From Candidatus Hodarchaeota archaeon (GTDB taxonomy: Archaea > Asgardarchaeota > Lokiarchaeia > Sigyniarchaeales > SOKP01): a DNA stretch of 64,000 bases. The first letter of the stretch is position 1. The number at the start of each line of letters is the position of its first letter. A program made the position numbers and the translations under genes. The notes below the pieces were generated by a model. It was not told the DNA's origin, made no database searches, and saw only the letters and a list, made by a program, of their open reading frames with translations. The stretch is taken from assembly GCA_048887225.1 (NCBI GenBank), contig JBHLJY010000002.1, positions 224,001-288,000 on the forward strand. The letters run 5' to 3'. Shown here piece by piece: positions 27,769 through 37,589 of this stretch.

Positions 27769-30046
27769 CCCAATAGTATGCGTTATCCGTTCCGTCTCTG
27801 CTTTTGGCTGAATATATTCTGTTCAAATATTCAAGTTCATAATATTCCTCCTGATCTTCTTCGGATACATATCCATAAGTATCCCATTCTTTATTGTAAT
27901 AATATTGATCATCCAATGTTATAACGACATCTGTCTCATGCTCTTCCTTTAGCTCTTGCAATTTATTCTCATCGTCATCGATATGCTCATCCGGTTGAAA
28001 TAAATCATTGTCCTTAGTATCTTCAAAGTGATGAGTGTCCCAACCTTCGATATTTTGGTCTTTTTCGTTGTAAGGATAATCGTAATACATAAACATGTAA
28101 TAGAATCCAAATTCAGTAATTATTACATTTTTATCTGAAGTATGTTCTGAATACCATTTAGCTCCGCCTACCTGACGATTTGTTAAGCTAACATATGGAA
28201 CAATCTCATATTCATGAAAATATGTTGTACACAAAGAAAATCCAATCAGGAAGATTATAAAGAATTTTACTCGTTTTTTACTCATCGATTTAGCTTTTAT
28301 CAGTTTATAAATGTATGAGATAAATCCAATTACTACGAGCGGTGGGGTCATAAAAAAGATTCTTGCCCAATATTTACGATTAATTGTAAGTGTATCAATA
28401 ATGAAGACTGCAACAAAAAAAAATCCAAAAAATATTGCCCATATTATCATAAGCTTTCCTCTTGGCTTCTTTTGGAATAATATTATCCCCCATATGGCAA
28501 ATGCTACAAATATCATGATTTCTATACCTGTTAATATAGAAGTAATGGGTAATTTAAACACGAGTAAATTTCCTATATAATAAAAAACTGCTATTATCGT
28601 AATAATGCTTAAGGAAAGTGGTAATATTAATTTATCTTCGATTTTTTTATAATAGCTAAATTCTTCTCCTCTTACGGTTTTTGTAAACCTTCCAGTTGTA
28701 AAAAGCATTGAATTTTGTAGTCTCCAAACAAGAATTACTCCCGCTACTCCAATACCTATAGTTGCAAGAAGAAATGCAAGAGAAAATGATGAGAAATCCA
28801 TTCGTTCGAAAAAATAAAAATGTTCAGCACTTAATCCGAAATATAGAAAAAGAATAAATATCCCAAATAAACAACATAGTAATAGAAAATCGAAACCCCT
28901 TCTGTAATCTTTAATAAAGTAGATCAGGAATATCCACATAAAGCAGAGTAATAAAACAATAGATGTAAGTACATGCGTGAGAATAGCACTAATAAAAAGG
29001 ATCGTTATTATTAAATAAAAAAAAGGCATTTCTGAAAACACTGATTTTTTGGTTGGTCTCTCAATTTGAATAAAATTTTGTAATCTTACATAAAGAAGAA
29101 AGAAAATAGTTAAGGTTTTAATGAGTACTAAATGAGCTGGCCAATATTGATACATCATATAAGCAAAACCTAAACCAGAAAATTCTAAAATAAATACTCC
29201 AAAAAAAGCTAGATTTTGATTTTTAAATATTCTCATAAGAATATTGTAAAAAACTAAAGCTGATAATGGAATGGTATAAAAAACAAAGAATTTAGGGATA
29301 TGGATAAAATCGACACCAGAAAAGAAATGAATAACAGCTCCAAATATAGGTAATCCTACAGATCCATAATATTCCTCAATAGGTAAATAGTTCATTTTAA
29401 CTATTTGTTTGCTAATAAAGATATGTAACCATGCATCAGTTCCAAAGAAATATTCAAATCTTACAACATTAAAAACACAAATTAAAATTAAGAAAATTAT
29501 TAGTAAGAATCCATTTGAAGGAATTAATTTTTTAAGGTATTTAATAAAAGAAAAGTATTCATAATTTCTTTTACCAGAGAATTTATTAGATTTAAAGAAA
29601 TTATATGAACCAATTCTAATATCCTTAATTAATATATAGGTAATTATCGAAATGTAAGATATAGATAAAGAAACGAAAAAATAGAATGCTGTTATCTGAA
29701 AAGAAAATACAAATCCAATATATCCAGTAAGTATATAAAAAGACAAATTAACAACTATCGTTAAACTTAATTTTTCAAGAAAATTAAAACCCTTTCTATT
29801 AAAGATTATAAAAAAGCAAGGATATGAGGGTAGGAATGTAATAATGAATATTGTACTAAAGAGAAAGGCTAGAAACAATAATAATCCTAAAACTGAATTA
29901 GCAGGAATTCCCAAAATAACATCAATTTTAATAATTTTTAAAAAAACTAAAAAAAGGGAATTTATAGAAATTAGAAAAATAATTGCGTGAATTCTTTCTT
30001 TTGTTTCAAACAAAAATTTGTTAAAATTTATTTTAAATTTACCCAT
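27761..30046 (-). CDS. Polytopic membrane protein, GT-C-like glycosyltransferase candidate
   Basis: Many TM segments, loop motif GTDAWLH...YYG, and an acidic soluble C-terminal domain. Confidence 0.55.
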   Translation of the reverse strand: MGKFKINFNKFLFETKERIHAIIFLISINSLFLVFLKIIKIDVILGIPANSVLGLLLFLAFLFSTIFIITFLPSYPCFFIIFNRKGFNFLEKLSLTIVVNLSFYILTGYIGFVFSFQITAFYFFVSLSISYISIITYILIKDIRIGSYNFFKSNKFSGKRNYEYFSFIKYLKKLIPSNGFLLIIFLILICVFNVVRFEYFFGTDAWLHIFISKQIVKMNYLPIEEYYGSVGLPIFGAVIHFFSGVDFIHIPKFFVFYTIPLSALVFYNILMRIFKNQNLAFFGVFILEFSGLGFAYMMYQYWPAHLVLIKTLTIFFLLYVRLQNFIQIERPTKKSVFSEMPFFYLIITILFISAILTHVLTSIVLLLCFMWIFLIYFIKDYRRGFDFLLLCCLFGIFILFLYFGLSAEHFYFFERMDFSSFSLAFLLATIGIGVAGVILVWRLQNSMLFTTGRFTKTVRGEEFSYYKKIEDKLILPLSLSIITIIAVFYYIGNLLVFKLPITSILTGIEIMIFVAFAIWGIILFQKKPRGKLMIIWAIFFGFFFVAVFIIDTLTINRKYWARIFFMTPPLVVIGFISYIYKLIKAKSMSKKRVKFFIIFLIGFSLCTTYFHEYEIVPYVSLTNRQVGGAKWYSEHTSDKNVIITEFGFYYMFMYYDYPYNEKDQNIEGWDTHHFEDTKDNDLFQPDEHIDDDENKLQELKEEHETDVVITLDDQYYYNKEWDTYGYVSEEDQEEYYELEYLNRIYSAKSRDGTDNAYYWVI

Positions 30047-30051
30047 TTTAA

Positions 30052-31023
30052 TTAATTTATTTTTAAGTCTATATTATATTTGTTAACATACCACTTTAAA
30101 TAATCTCTAAGACCTTCCTCTTGTGTGTATAGCGCCTTGAAACCTAAAAGCTTTTTAGCCTTTGAAATGTCTCCAAAACTATGTTTAATATCTCCAGGTC
30201 TTGGATCTGTGTATTTTATCCCTAGATTTTCTTTACCTGTTAGTTTTAACATCAGTTTTGCAAGATCAGTTAGTTTTATAGGATTACCGCACGCAATATT
30301 TATAATTTCACCAGGAATATCATGTTCAGCAATCAATAAATTTCCCTGAATTACATCTTTAACATAAGTGAAATCTCTTGATTGTTCACCATCTCCATAT
30401 ATTATTAAATCTTCATTTCGAATAATTCTGCCTAACCAGATAGCAATTACACCACTATAAGGTGAATCTCTTTGTCGTGGACCATAAACATTAAAATATC
30501 GTATACATGTTGTGTTTAATCCGTAGACATGATGCCATACTTTTGCATATTGCTCACACGCTAATTTAGCGACTCCATAAGGAGAAATTGGCCATCTTCC
30601 CATTTCTTCATGTTTAGGTAAGGTTGGAGTATCACCATATACAGCAGAACTTGAAGCGAATATTACTTTATGGACATCCATCCTTAGAGCTGCGTTTAAA
30701 ACATTTAGTGTTCCATTTACATTAACATCATTGCAATTGTCGGGCATTTTAACTGATTGAGGTACACTTGTAAAAGCGGCTTCATGATAAACAATATCAA
30801 CTTCCTTAAAAAGGTCTAATAAGAAGTTTAAATCCCTCACGTCGCCTTTGTGAAACTTAAAATTACTATATTTCATGGCATCCTCAAGATTCACTAGTCT
30901 GCCATTAAAAAGATTATCTAAACCAATTACATCTGCTCCTAATTCAAGTAATTTGTCTGTTAAATTGCTTCCAATAAAACCAGCTGCTCCAGTAACCAGT
31001 ACTTTTTTTCCTTCAAAATTCAA
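30052..31023 (-). CDS. NAD-dependent nucleotide-sugar epimerase/dehydratase (extended SDR)
   Basis: VTGAAGFIGSN, ASSSAVYG, SPYGVAK, RYFNVYGP, GDGEQSRDFTYV. Confidence 0.93.
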   Translation of the reverse strand: MNFEGKKVLVTGAAGFIGSNLTDKLLELGADVIGLDNLFNGRLVNLEDAMKYSNFKFHKGDVRDLNFLLDLFKEVDIVYHEAAFTSVPQSVKMPDNCNDVNVNGTLNVLNAALRMDVHKVIFASSSAVYGDTPTLPKHEEMGRWPISPYGVAKLACEQYAKVWHHVYGLNTTCIRYFNVYGPRQRDSPYSGVIAIWLGRIIRNEDLIIYGDGEQSRDFTYVKDVIQGNLLIAEHDIPGEIINIACGNPIKLTDLAKLMLKLTGKENLGIKYTDPRPGDIKHSFGDISKAKKLLGFKALYTQEEGLRDYLKWYVNKYNIDLKIN

Positions 31024-31049
31024 AGATTATCCCTTAGAATTTTTTAGAT

Positions 31050-31110
31050 TTAAAGATTATATAATAAAGTTAAAGATTATATAATAAATTTAAAGATTAT
31101 ATAATAAAGT
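31050..31110. repeat. Three tandem 20-bp direct repeats in a divergent promoter
   Basis: TTAAAGATTATATAATAAA(G/T) at 31050, 31070 and 31090. Confidence 0.95.
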
Positions 31111-31137
31111 GTACATCTAATAAAAATCGAGAGTTTT

Positions 31138-31788
31138 ATGCTTAAGCAAATAAAAGGGACACTACTTGGAGGTCATTTTTCTTATTATATCTCAAAAGAT
31201 AGAAAATATTTCGTTAAAATTTGTAAGGGAGATTTAGAATGGGTGATTAAGGAATACAAAAATTTAAAAAAATATTGGAATATATTAGGTATTAAAAATC
31301 TCCAGCTCGTAGAACCTGTCAATTATTCAGAAGAAAAAGAATACATTATTACTAAATTTGTAAAAGGAAAAAGACTTGTTGAATTGCTAGATCCTAGAAT
31401 TCATCATCGTTTTGGACAATTATTAAAAGAATTCCATAATAAAGGTTTTACCCACAGTCATATTGAATTAACTGATATTATTTATCGTAATGGAAACTTT
31501 ACTCTCGTAGATGTGCCTTTTTTTAATGAAAAAAGCTCCATTCATGATTTGGCCACGATCGAAATATGTTTTAAGACTTTTAGACTCAAACAACCTTGGA
31601 AGTGGTATAAATATAGCAAATGTTATAAAGAATTTTTGAATGGTTATCAATTGAAAGATTTTTCTGAATTAAAAAAGGAATCCGATAAATCCTTTAATAA
31701 TAGAATGAATTACATGATTAAGATTGGAAAGAGAAACAAAATTAAGGCTTATATTATGAAATTTTTTCATAAAATTGGATTGTTATAA
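31138..31788 (+). CDS. Kdo/WaaP-like (LPS kinase-type) protein-kinase-fold protein
   Basis: YFVKI, KEY.NL, IITKFV.G, LLKEFHNKGFTH, LVD, HDLA. Confidence 0.6.
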   Translation: MLKQIKGTLLGGHFSYYISKDRKYFVKICKGDLEWVIKEYKNLKKYWNILGIKNLQLVEPVNYSEEKEYIITKFVKGKRLVELLDPRIHHRFGQLLKEFHNKGFTHSHIELTDIIYRNGNFTLVDVPFFNEKSSIHDLATIEICFKTFRLKQPWKWYKYSKCYKEFLNGYQLKDFSELKKESDKSFNNRMNYMIKIGKRNKIKAYIMKFFHKIGLL

Positions 31789-31809
31789 CTTATAAAAGAT
31801 TTCAATTAT

Positions 31810-32499
31810 CTATTTAACAAGTAAATATGTTTCTGTTTCAATTTTCCATCTCTCATTACCTCTGTTTACCCTCATAAAAGCATAACTTCGAATGGCATCC
31901 TCGGGAATCCCTGAAAATGGAATAATTTTTATCTGAGAATAACCCGATAATTTGGCAGGGCGCGCAATTGATTCATAATCATGTATAAATCTATGGCCAT
32001 AATAAATATGAGTAATGTAATTTAAGAGTGTTGCGGGATCGAGTTTTATTCCAGCAAACTTCTCATGTCCTTGCAGTAATTTCTTCTTTAAATCCTTATT
32101 ATAATATAATGCATCAATAAGGCGAGTAAAAGAAGGTGTCATAATAATATGAATTCCACCTTTTTTTAAGATGCGGTAGGATTCTTTAACAAAAACTCTA
32201 AATTGTCTGTAATAAAGATGTTCGATAACATGACACGAATAAATAACATCCACGGCTCTAGAAGGAAAAGGTAATTTTTTAGCGATATTTATTGGTATTT
32301 TACCTACTATGTCTGTATTGAGATATCCATCTAATTTTTCTTTTCCGCCACCGAAATGTATCTTAATTTTATCGTGGGTTTTAAAATATTTTTTTATCTT
32401 TGATTTCCTTCTTATCCTATTAAAAATATTAAATAATTTTAAGAGATCTAGTTTTAAACTGAAAAATAGCTGATTTATAAGACCTTCTTTACGCTTCAC
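31810..32499 (-). CDS. SAM-dependent methyltransferase (type 11)
   Basis: HFGGG...GYLNTD, LPFP, YSCHVIEHL, RILKKGG...TP. Confidence 0.85.
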   Translation of the reverse strand: MKRKEGLINQLFFSLKLDLLKLFNIFNRIRRKSKIKKYFKTHDKIKIHFGGGKEKLDGYLNTDIVGKIPINIAKKLPFPSRAVDVIYSCHVIEHLYYRQFRVFVKESYRILKKGGIHIIMTPSFTRLIDALYYNKDLKKKLLQGHEKFAGIKLDPATLLNYITHIYYGHRFIHDYESIARPAKLSGYSQIKIIPFSGIPEDAIRSYAFMRVNRGNERWKIETETYLLVK

Positions 32500-32564
32500 A
32501 TTTCTTAGAATTTACTATAAGATAAAAGGGTAAGTACTTTCAATTAAAAAATATATTCTCGAAA

Positions 32565-33833
32565 TTATAATTTATTAATCAATTCTATAATTTGATTGGC
32601 ACATTCTTTAGGAGAGAACATTCTTTCAATCTTTTTTATATCTTCCTCAGGAATTTCAACGGGCTTTTTAAAAAAATCTTCAATTTCTTCTAACCATAAA
32701 TTAACTTTAAGAGGTAAAATTTTCAAATATTTTTTTTTCTTAAATAAGTAATTCGCACCACATTGAGGAGAAGCTATTACAGGTGTGTTATTCATTATGC
32801 TTTCTAAGATAACTCTTCCGAAAGCTTCTGTATAAATTGAAGGAACTATTGTTAATCTAGCTTTTTGATATAAATAATATAAATTGTTAGTTGGAATTTT
32901 ACCAAAATTAATTACATTAGGATATTTCTTTAAATCATCTAGAAGTGTGCCAATAACGAGGATTATATAATCCTTGGGAAGCTTATCTAATAATAATCTT
33001 ACAAAAGGATAACCCTTGCTTCCTCCTTCATTTCTTGGAATTATATACAAAATGATTTTATTCGATTTCTCGATTTGTTCTATGATTTTTTTATCAATCA
33101 TCTCGTTCATTATTGTAATCCCTGAATTATCAATAGGGGTTATTTTTCTAATTAAAATCCTTTCATTTTTAATCCTTTTTAATGCTAAATCCTTCATTAA
33201 GGGAGATGCTACAACATTTACATACGCATATTTCATTAAAAAGAAATGTACTTTTATAATATAGTATAGGATTTTATAATATATTGTATATAATTGCGAT
33301 GTTAGTGATCGATGGAAGCTCACTGGTTTATCTAACAAAATAACCCTTAGAGTTCGCCATCTATTTATGCATTTCCAACATTTTTTCCTCGTCATTACTT
33401 CAGAACAATTGTTAAATCCATCAATTATATCAATGAATTTAGGACATAATCCCATTGGATCCCGTATAATATTAATAACAGGTATTTTTTTCAAAAATCC
33501 AGCAACCATAGCAGCAAAGGTCAGATCTCTTTGAACAACTATTATGTTTGGCTTATTTTTTTTAATTTGTTTAATAATAGGAAACAGACTTAAATACTGA
33601 TTAATTCTTAAAAATTTTATAATAGAATTAAGTTTTTTAAACGAAGTTCTCAAAATTGGATTGATTCTTTTAACAATGAGTCCTCCTTTTTTAAACTCTT
33701 TAGTATCTCTTGCTAAAACCTTAATTTCATAATCTGGATTTTTTGCGAGATCATTAATAATTCCATGACTCGATTTAAATGCACCACCACTAGTTGTAGC
33801 GTCAAATTTCTGATCAATAAATAGTATTTTCAA
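32565..33833 (-). CDS. GT4 glycosyltransferase with a Cys-rich insert
   Basis: GGAFKS, RD...CP..C..CWKC, KG, PSIYTEAFGRVILES. Confidence 0.85.
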   Translation of the reverse strand: MKILFIDQKFDATTSGGAFKSSHGIINDLAKNPDYEIKVLARDTKEFKKGGLIVKRINPILRTSFKKLNSIIKFLRINQYLSLFPIIKQIKKNKPNIIVVQRDLTFAAMVAGFLKKIPVINIIRDPMGLCPKFIDIIDGFNNCSEVMTRKKCWKCINRWRTLRVILLDKPVSFHRSLTSQLYTIYYKILYYIIKVHFFLMKYAYVNVVASPLMKDLALKRIKNERILIRKITPIDNSGITIMNEMIDKKIIEQIEKSNKIILYIIPRNEGGSKGYPFVRLLLDKLPKDYIILVIGTLLDDLKKYPNVINFGKIPTNNLYYLYQKARLTIVPSIYTEAFGRVILESIMNNTPVIASPQCGANYLFKKKKYLKILPLKVNLWLEEIEDFFKKPVEIPEEDIKKIERMFSPKECANQIIELINKL

Positions 33834-33862
33834 CTTTAATCTCCCGTATTGATAATTATCTC

Positions 33863-35872
33863 TTAATCTACCTTAAAAAATAAATAATCATCATTTTCAT
33901 ATAAAACCTTCATATTATCTTCAATTTCCTCTAAACAAGAACTCTTTGTTTCGTCTTTTTTAACCAATACATAATCTGTTTTATTACTAACAATAGCGCT
34001 TATTAATTCAGAGTAAGAGGTATCATCGTACTTGAATTTTTCTATATCTATATCTTTATTATAAATGAGGTCATAAATGTAGGAGTGTTCAAGTTTAGGC
34101 ACCAATATATTCTCATCTTCTATATCATGTCTATCTAAATAATCTCCGATGTATAAAACTGCTTCAGTTAAGTCATCATCTTCAAAATAATTTTCATAGA
34201 TTATGTTATAATGAAGATACAAATGGTATGAAAAGAGACTCGCACCTAAAATCATTAAAAAGATAAGATAAGTTTTAGCCATTTTTTCTTTTATGAGATT
34301 AATTTGCTTTTTAATACCTGCCATTTTACTGTTTAACTTTTTTATTTTAACCTTTTGAATGTATTTTATTACTTTTTTTACACCTAAAACAAAGAGTATT
34401 GACCAACATGGCGCAAAAATCTCAAACACCCTTTTTCCTTTAGTGAAAACGAAGCTCGCAATAGAAAAAATAATATCATTATCAACAATGAATAAAAATG
34501 CATCTAAAATAAAAATTAAAAATGAAACTACAAAGGTAAATTTAATAAATTCAATTAAGTATTTTTTCTGGGGGGAGTCCCATTTTTTGACATATAGTAA
34601 TCCTAATACGATAAAAATAAAACCCCAGCTTAAAGTCTTATTTATAGGAATGTCAAATCCAATATATAAGAGATTCTTGACAAGATCTGTAGTAGAAGGT
34701 GTGAGATTCAAAATTGTTAACATTATCGAAGGAATGTTCTTAAAATAACTATGTACAAGAGAATCAGATGAATATCTTCGATATAAATAACGCTCTATAT
34801 GTTCAATAATATTTTTATCTGAAATTATTAGATTTAGAAAATAGGGGATCGTCAAAATTATTATAATTGCTAAGAAAAGACCATGCTTTTTCAGAAAATA
34901 AAGTAAAACTTCTGATTTTTTGTTTTCTTTATTAATTAAATTCAAAATTAAATAATAAGACTCAAATAATAAGAAAAATCCTAAAATTAAAATAAAATAC
35001 CATAAATGAATTAAAAAGATTCCACCTATAAATAGCCCCCTAATTATAGTTATTCTCAGATTATTCTTTTCAAATAGAGTATTAATGAATATTATTCCTA
35101 AAACTGTAGCTAAAACTGACGGAACACATAGGAAAAATCTATATAATAAAGAGTTAAAACATAACAATACTACTAAAGCGATAAGAATTTCATAATCTTT
35201 TTTAAATATTTTTGATGAAATGTCAAATATCAGGAGAATAATAATAAAAAAAAAGAAAACTGGATTATATTTTATAAAAAAATACTGAATATAATAATCT
35301 TGAACAACTAACAAAGCACCAGCGTTAAAAATCACAAATCCTGTTCCATAAACGGTATACGATTCATAATCAAGATCGCCATATTTATGTAGATACAGGA
35401 TACTATTAAACCAATTATACGGATCTTTTGCAGGTAAACTTAGATTCTTTTCAATTACTCCTTGAGTGACAAGAAAGAGTATAAAAATAATTAGTACAAT
35501 CGTTAAACGTCTTTTAACTAGTTTATTTGAAAGTCTATTTTTAATATTATTAAATAAATCTTTGAAATTCTTTTCAGATTTGAATTTGTAAAAAATACAA
35601 ATATAGAAAAGATTTAGTATAACAAAAACGATTAAAGGTAAATAATTGAAAAAAAAGTTAAAAGACTTATAGAAATCTATAATAAAATATGAATAGAATA
35701 TATATAATACCGTTCCGACACCAAAAGATTCTAATAGAATCGTTAGCGAAATCTTTTTCGATTTAAAGGTATTAAAAAGGTGATATTGAAAGAAGTAGCC
35801 TAATAGCGTAAGTAATATTACAAAAAAGAAAAATATACCAAAGTTTATAAAAAAGAAACCTATTGTAATCAT
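33863..35872 (-). CDS. Polytopic membrane protein, GT-C-like; paralogue of 57028-59022
   Basis: SFGVG, KDPYNW...Y..G, FNAGALL, LIH, KR, soluble C-terminal domain (EAVLYI...DYVLV.K). Confidence 0.6.
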   Translation of the reverse strand: MITIGFFFINFGIFFFFVILLTLLGYFFQYHLFNTFKSKKISLTILLESFGVGTVLYIFYSYFIIDFYKSFNFFFNYLPLIVFVILNLFYICIFYKFKSEKNFKDLFNNIKNRLSNKLVKRRLTIVLIIFILFLVTQGVIEKNLSLPAKDPYNWFNSILYLHKYGDLDYESYTVYGTGFVIFNAGALLVVQDYYIQYFFIKYNPVFFFFIIILLIFDISSKIFKKDYEILIALVVLLCFNSLLYRFFLCVPSVLATVLGIIFINTLFEKNNLRITIIRGLFIGGIFLIHLWYFILILGFFLLFESYYLILNLINKENKKSEVLLYFLKKHGLFLAIIIILTIPYFLNLIISDKNIIEHIERYLYRRYSSDSLVHSYFKNIPSIMLTILNLTPSTTDLVKNLLYIGFDIPINKTLSWGFIFIVLGLLYVKKWDSPQKKYLIEFIKFTFVVSFLIFILDAFLFIVDNDIIFSIASFVFTKGKRVFEIFAPCWSILFVLGVKKVIKYIQKVKIKKLNSKMAGIKKQINLIKEKMAKTYLIFLMILGASLFSYHLYLHYNIIYENYFEDDDLTEAVLYIGDYLDRHDIEDENILVPKLEHSYIYDLIYNKDIDIEKFKYDDTSYSELISAIVSNKTDYVLVKKDETKSSCLEEIEDNMKVLYENDDYLFFKVD

Positions 35873-35879
35873 TTTTTAA

Positions 35880-36704
35880 TCAATATCCCGTAATACCATA
35901 TTTTTTATAGACATGTTTGAATAATAATACTGAAAGAATGGGTCCGAATATTGTCAATATTAAAACAATTGTAAAGTGTATTGTATAGCGTGAATTCCAA
36001 ACGACATTTTCAAAACCAAAAACTAAAATTATCCTGATTGTCTCCCAGAAATAATAAAAAGGATTGAAGTATACAAAAATTTGGAGCTCCTCTGGAAAAA
36101 ATTGTACTGGGTACTTATAACAGCTGAAAATAAGAAAAAACTTAATAAAAAAGAAAAATACCTTGAATTGCCCTTCAGTTGATAACCTAAATGAACCTAT
36201 GGCCAATCCAACTGAAGCAATAAATAAACACGCAGCTAAATAAAAAATTACTGTAAATAAAATTGTCATCAATGAAGCATTAGCAATTATGAAGCATATT
36301 ATAAAAACTAAAAATAATGGAATTAAGAATGCAATTAATTCCGCAATTAATTTGCTAATCAAAACATTATAAGTATTGACAGGAGACATAAATATACCTG
36401 AAAGTGTTTTCCAATACTTTTCTCGTAAAAAGCTATTACCATAAAGAGATATTAAATCAAGAATTATAATGATAAAAACACCTGTTAGTATGAAAATAAT
36501 ATAATTCTCTGGTGTCCAAATTCCAAAAGATTTATCACCAATTTCTTCAAATATCTTATTGAAAACGAGTAATGGAATAATAAAATTTGTAAATGGTATA
36601 ATTATTAAGAGGAGAAACTTTGCTATATATCTTGATCTCAATTTGAGGTCCTTAATGACTAGAGCTTTTGTCTGCGAAATATTTTTTTTAATTTGCTGTA
36701 GCAT
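35880..36704 (-). CDS. ABC-2 type permease (probable start MLQQ at 36704)
   Basis: KDLKLR.RY, EKYWKTLSGIFMSPV, YP...FP, NPFYY..E.IR; about 6 TM segments. Confidence 0.85.
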   Translation of the reverse strand: MLQQIKKNISQTKALVIKDLKLRSRYIAKFLLLIIIPFTNFIIPLLVFNKIFEEIGDKSFGIWTPENYIIFILTGVFIIIILDLISLYGNSFLREKYWKTLSGIFMSPVNTYNVLISKLIAELIAFLIPLFLVFIICFIIANASLMTILFTVIFYLAACLFIASVGLAIGSFRLSTEGQFKVFFFFIKFFLIFSCYKYPVQFFPEELQIFVYFNPFYYFWETIRIILVFGFENVVWNSRYTIHFTIVLILTIFGPILSVLLFKHVYKKYGITGY

Positions 36705-36750
36705 TAAAAAGATATAATTTTTTTTTACTAAATAACTTATTTTAATTAAG

Positions 36751-37587
36751 ATGTTTAACAAGAAAGCGATCAGAAAAAACGTTGTTCAAATTTACTCATT
36801 AACTATAAAAGATTTGAAACTAAAGGGGAGATATAAGAGTGAGTTCTTTGTTGAAAATTTTTTACCATTTCTTACGTTATTTTTTCCTTTCATAATTTTT
36901 AATACACTGTTCCAACTGAAAAGTGATTTTTTTGAAGGTAGTTATTATTCCGTAGAAAATTATATATTATTTTTATTACTCGCTTACTCCGTGGAGTGCT
37001 CTTTATTTTTATTATGGTATTATAGGGATCTTTTTTATGATGAGAAATCTTGGAAAACTCTCAATGGCATAATGGTTGCCCCTGTAAGTAAATTTAATGT
37101 ATTGATCGGTTTTTTTATCTCGGGATTATTTACAAGAGTTTTCTCCATAATTTTCACAATTATTATATGCTATATTTTATTTCCCATCCCATTGGCAACA
37201 TTGATATTTGTATTAATTGTATTATTCTGCATCACATTAACCTTTGCAGGAATGGGATTTATATTAGGATTATTTGAAATTGTAAATGAGAATGTTTCGG
37301 CAAGTTTATCTATTGGAATAAGTTTTATAGCTTTAGTAAGTTGCCTATTCTATCCAATAGAAATCTTTCCTGAACAATTTCACATTATAATTTTGTTAAA
37401 TCCACTTTATTATTATTTTGATCTCTTAAAATTATCTTGGTGGTCAGGTATTAATTATCATGAAGCTATGAGGTATATAACAATAAATCACATTATAATT
37501 GTAGGATTTTGTACAATATTGACTCCATTGATTGCTTCAATTTTATTTTTAAAAATATATCATAGATATGGAGCTTCTGGGTATTAA
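36751..37587 (+). CDS. ABC-2 type permease
   Basis: KDLKLK.RY, EKSWKTLNGIMVAPV, FYPIEIFP, LNPLYY; paralogue of the divergent permease. Confidence 0.88.
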   Translation: MFNKKAIRKNVVQIYSLTIKDLKLKGRYKSEFFVENFLPFLTLFFPFIIFNTLFQLKSDFFEGSYYSVENYILFLLLAYSVECSLFLLWYYRDLFYDEKSWKTLNGIMVAPVSKFNVLIGFFISGLFTRVFSIIFTIIICYILFPIPLATLIFVLIVLFCITLTFAGMGFILGLFEIVNENVSASLSIGISFIALVSCLFYPIEIFPEQFHIIILLNPLYYYFDLLKLSWWSGINYHEAMRYITINHIIIVGFCTILTPLIASILFLKIYHRYGASGY

Positions 37588-37589
37588 AA

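Noticed and set aside
31050-31110. CRISPR array
   Set aside because: The repeats are contiguous with no spacers, and there are no cas genes.
36705-36761. Track start of the minus-strand permease at 36761
   Set aside because: It would overlap the divergent permease start; ATG at 36704 aligns with the paralogue's N-terminus.
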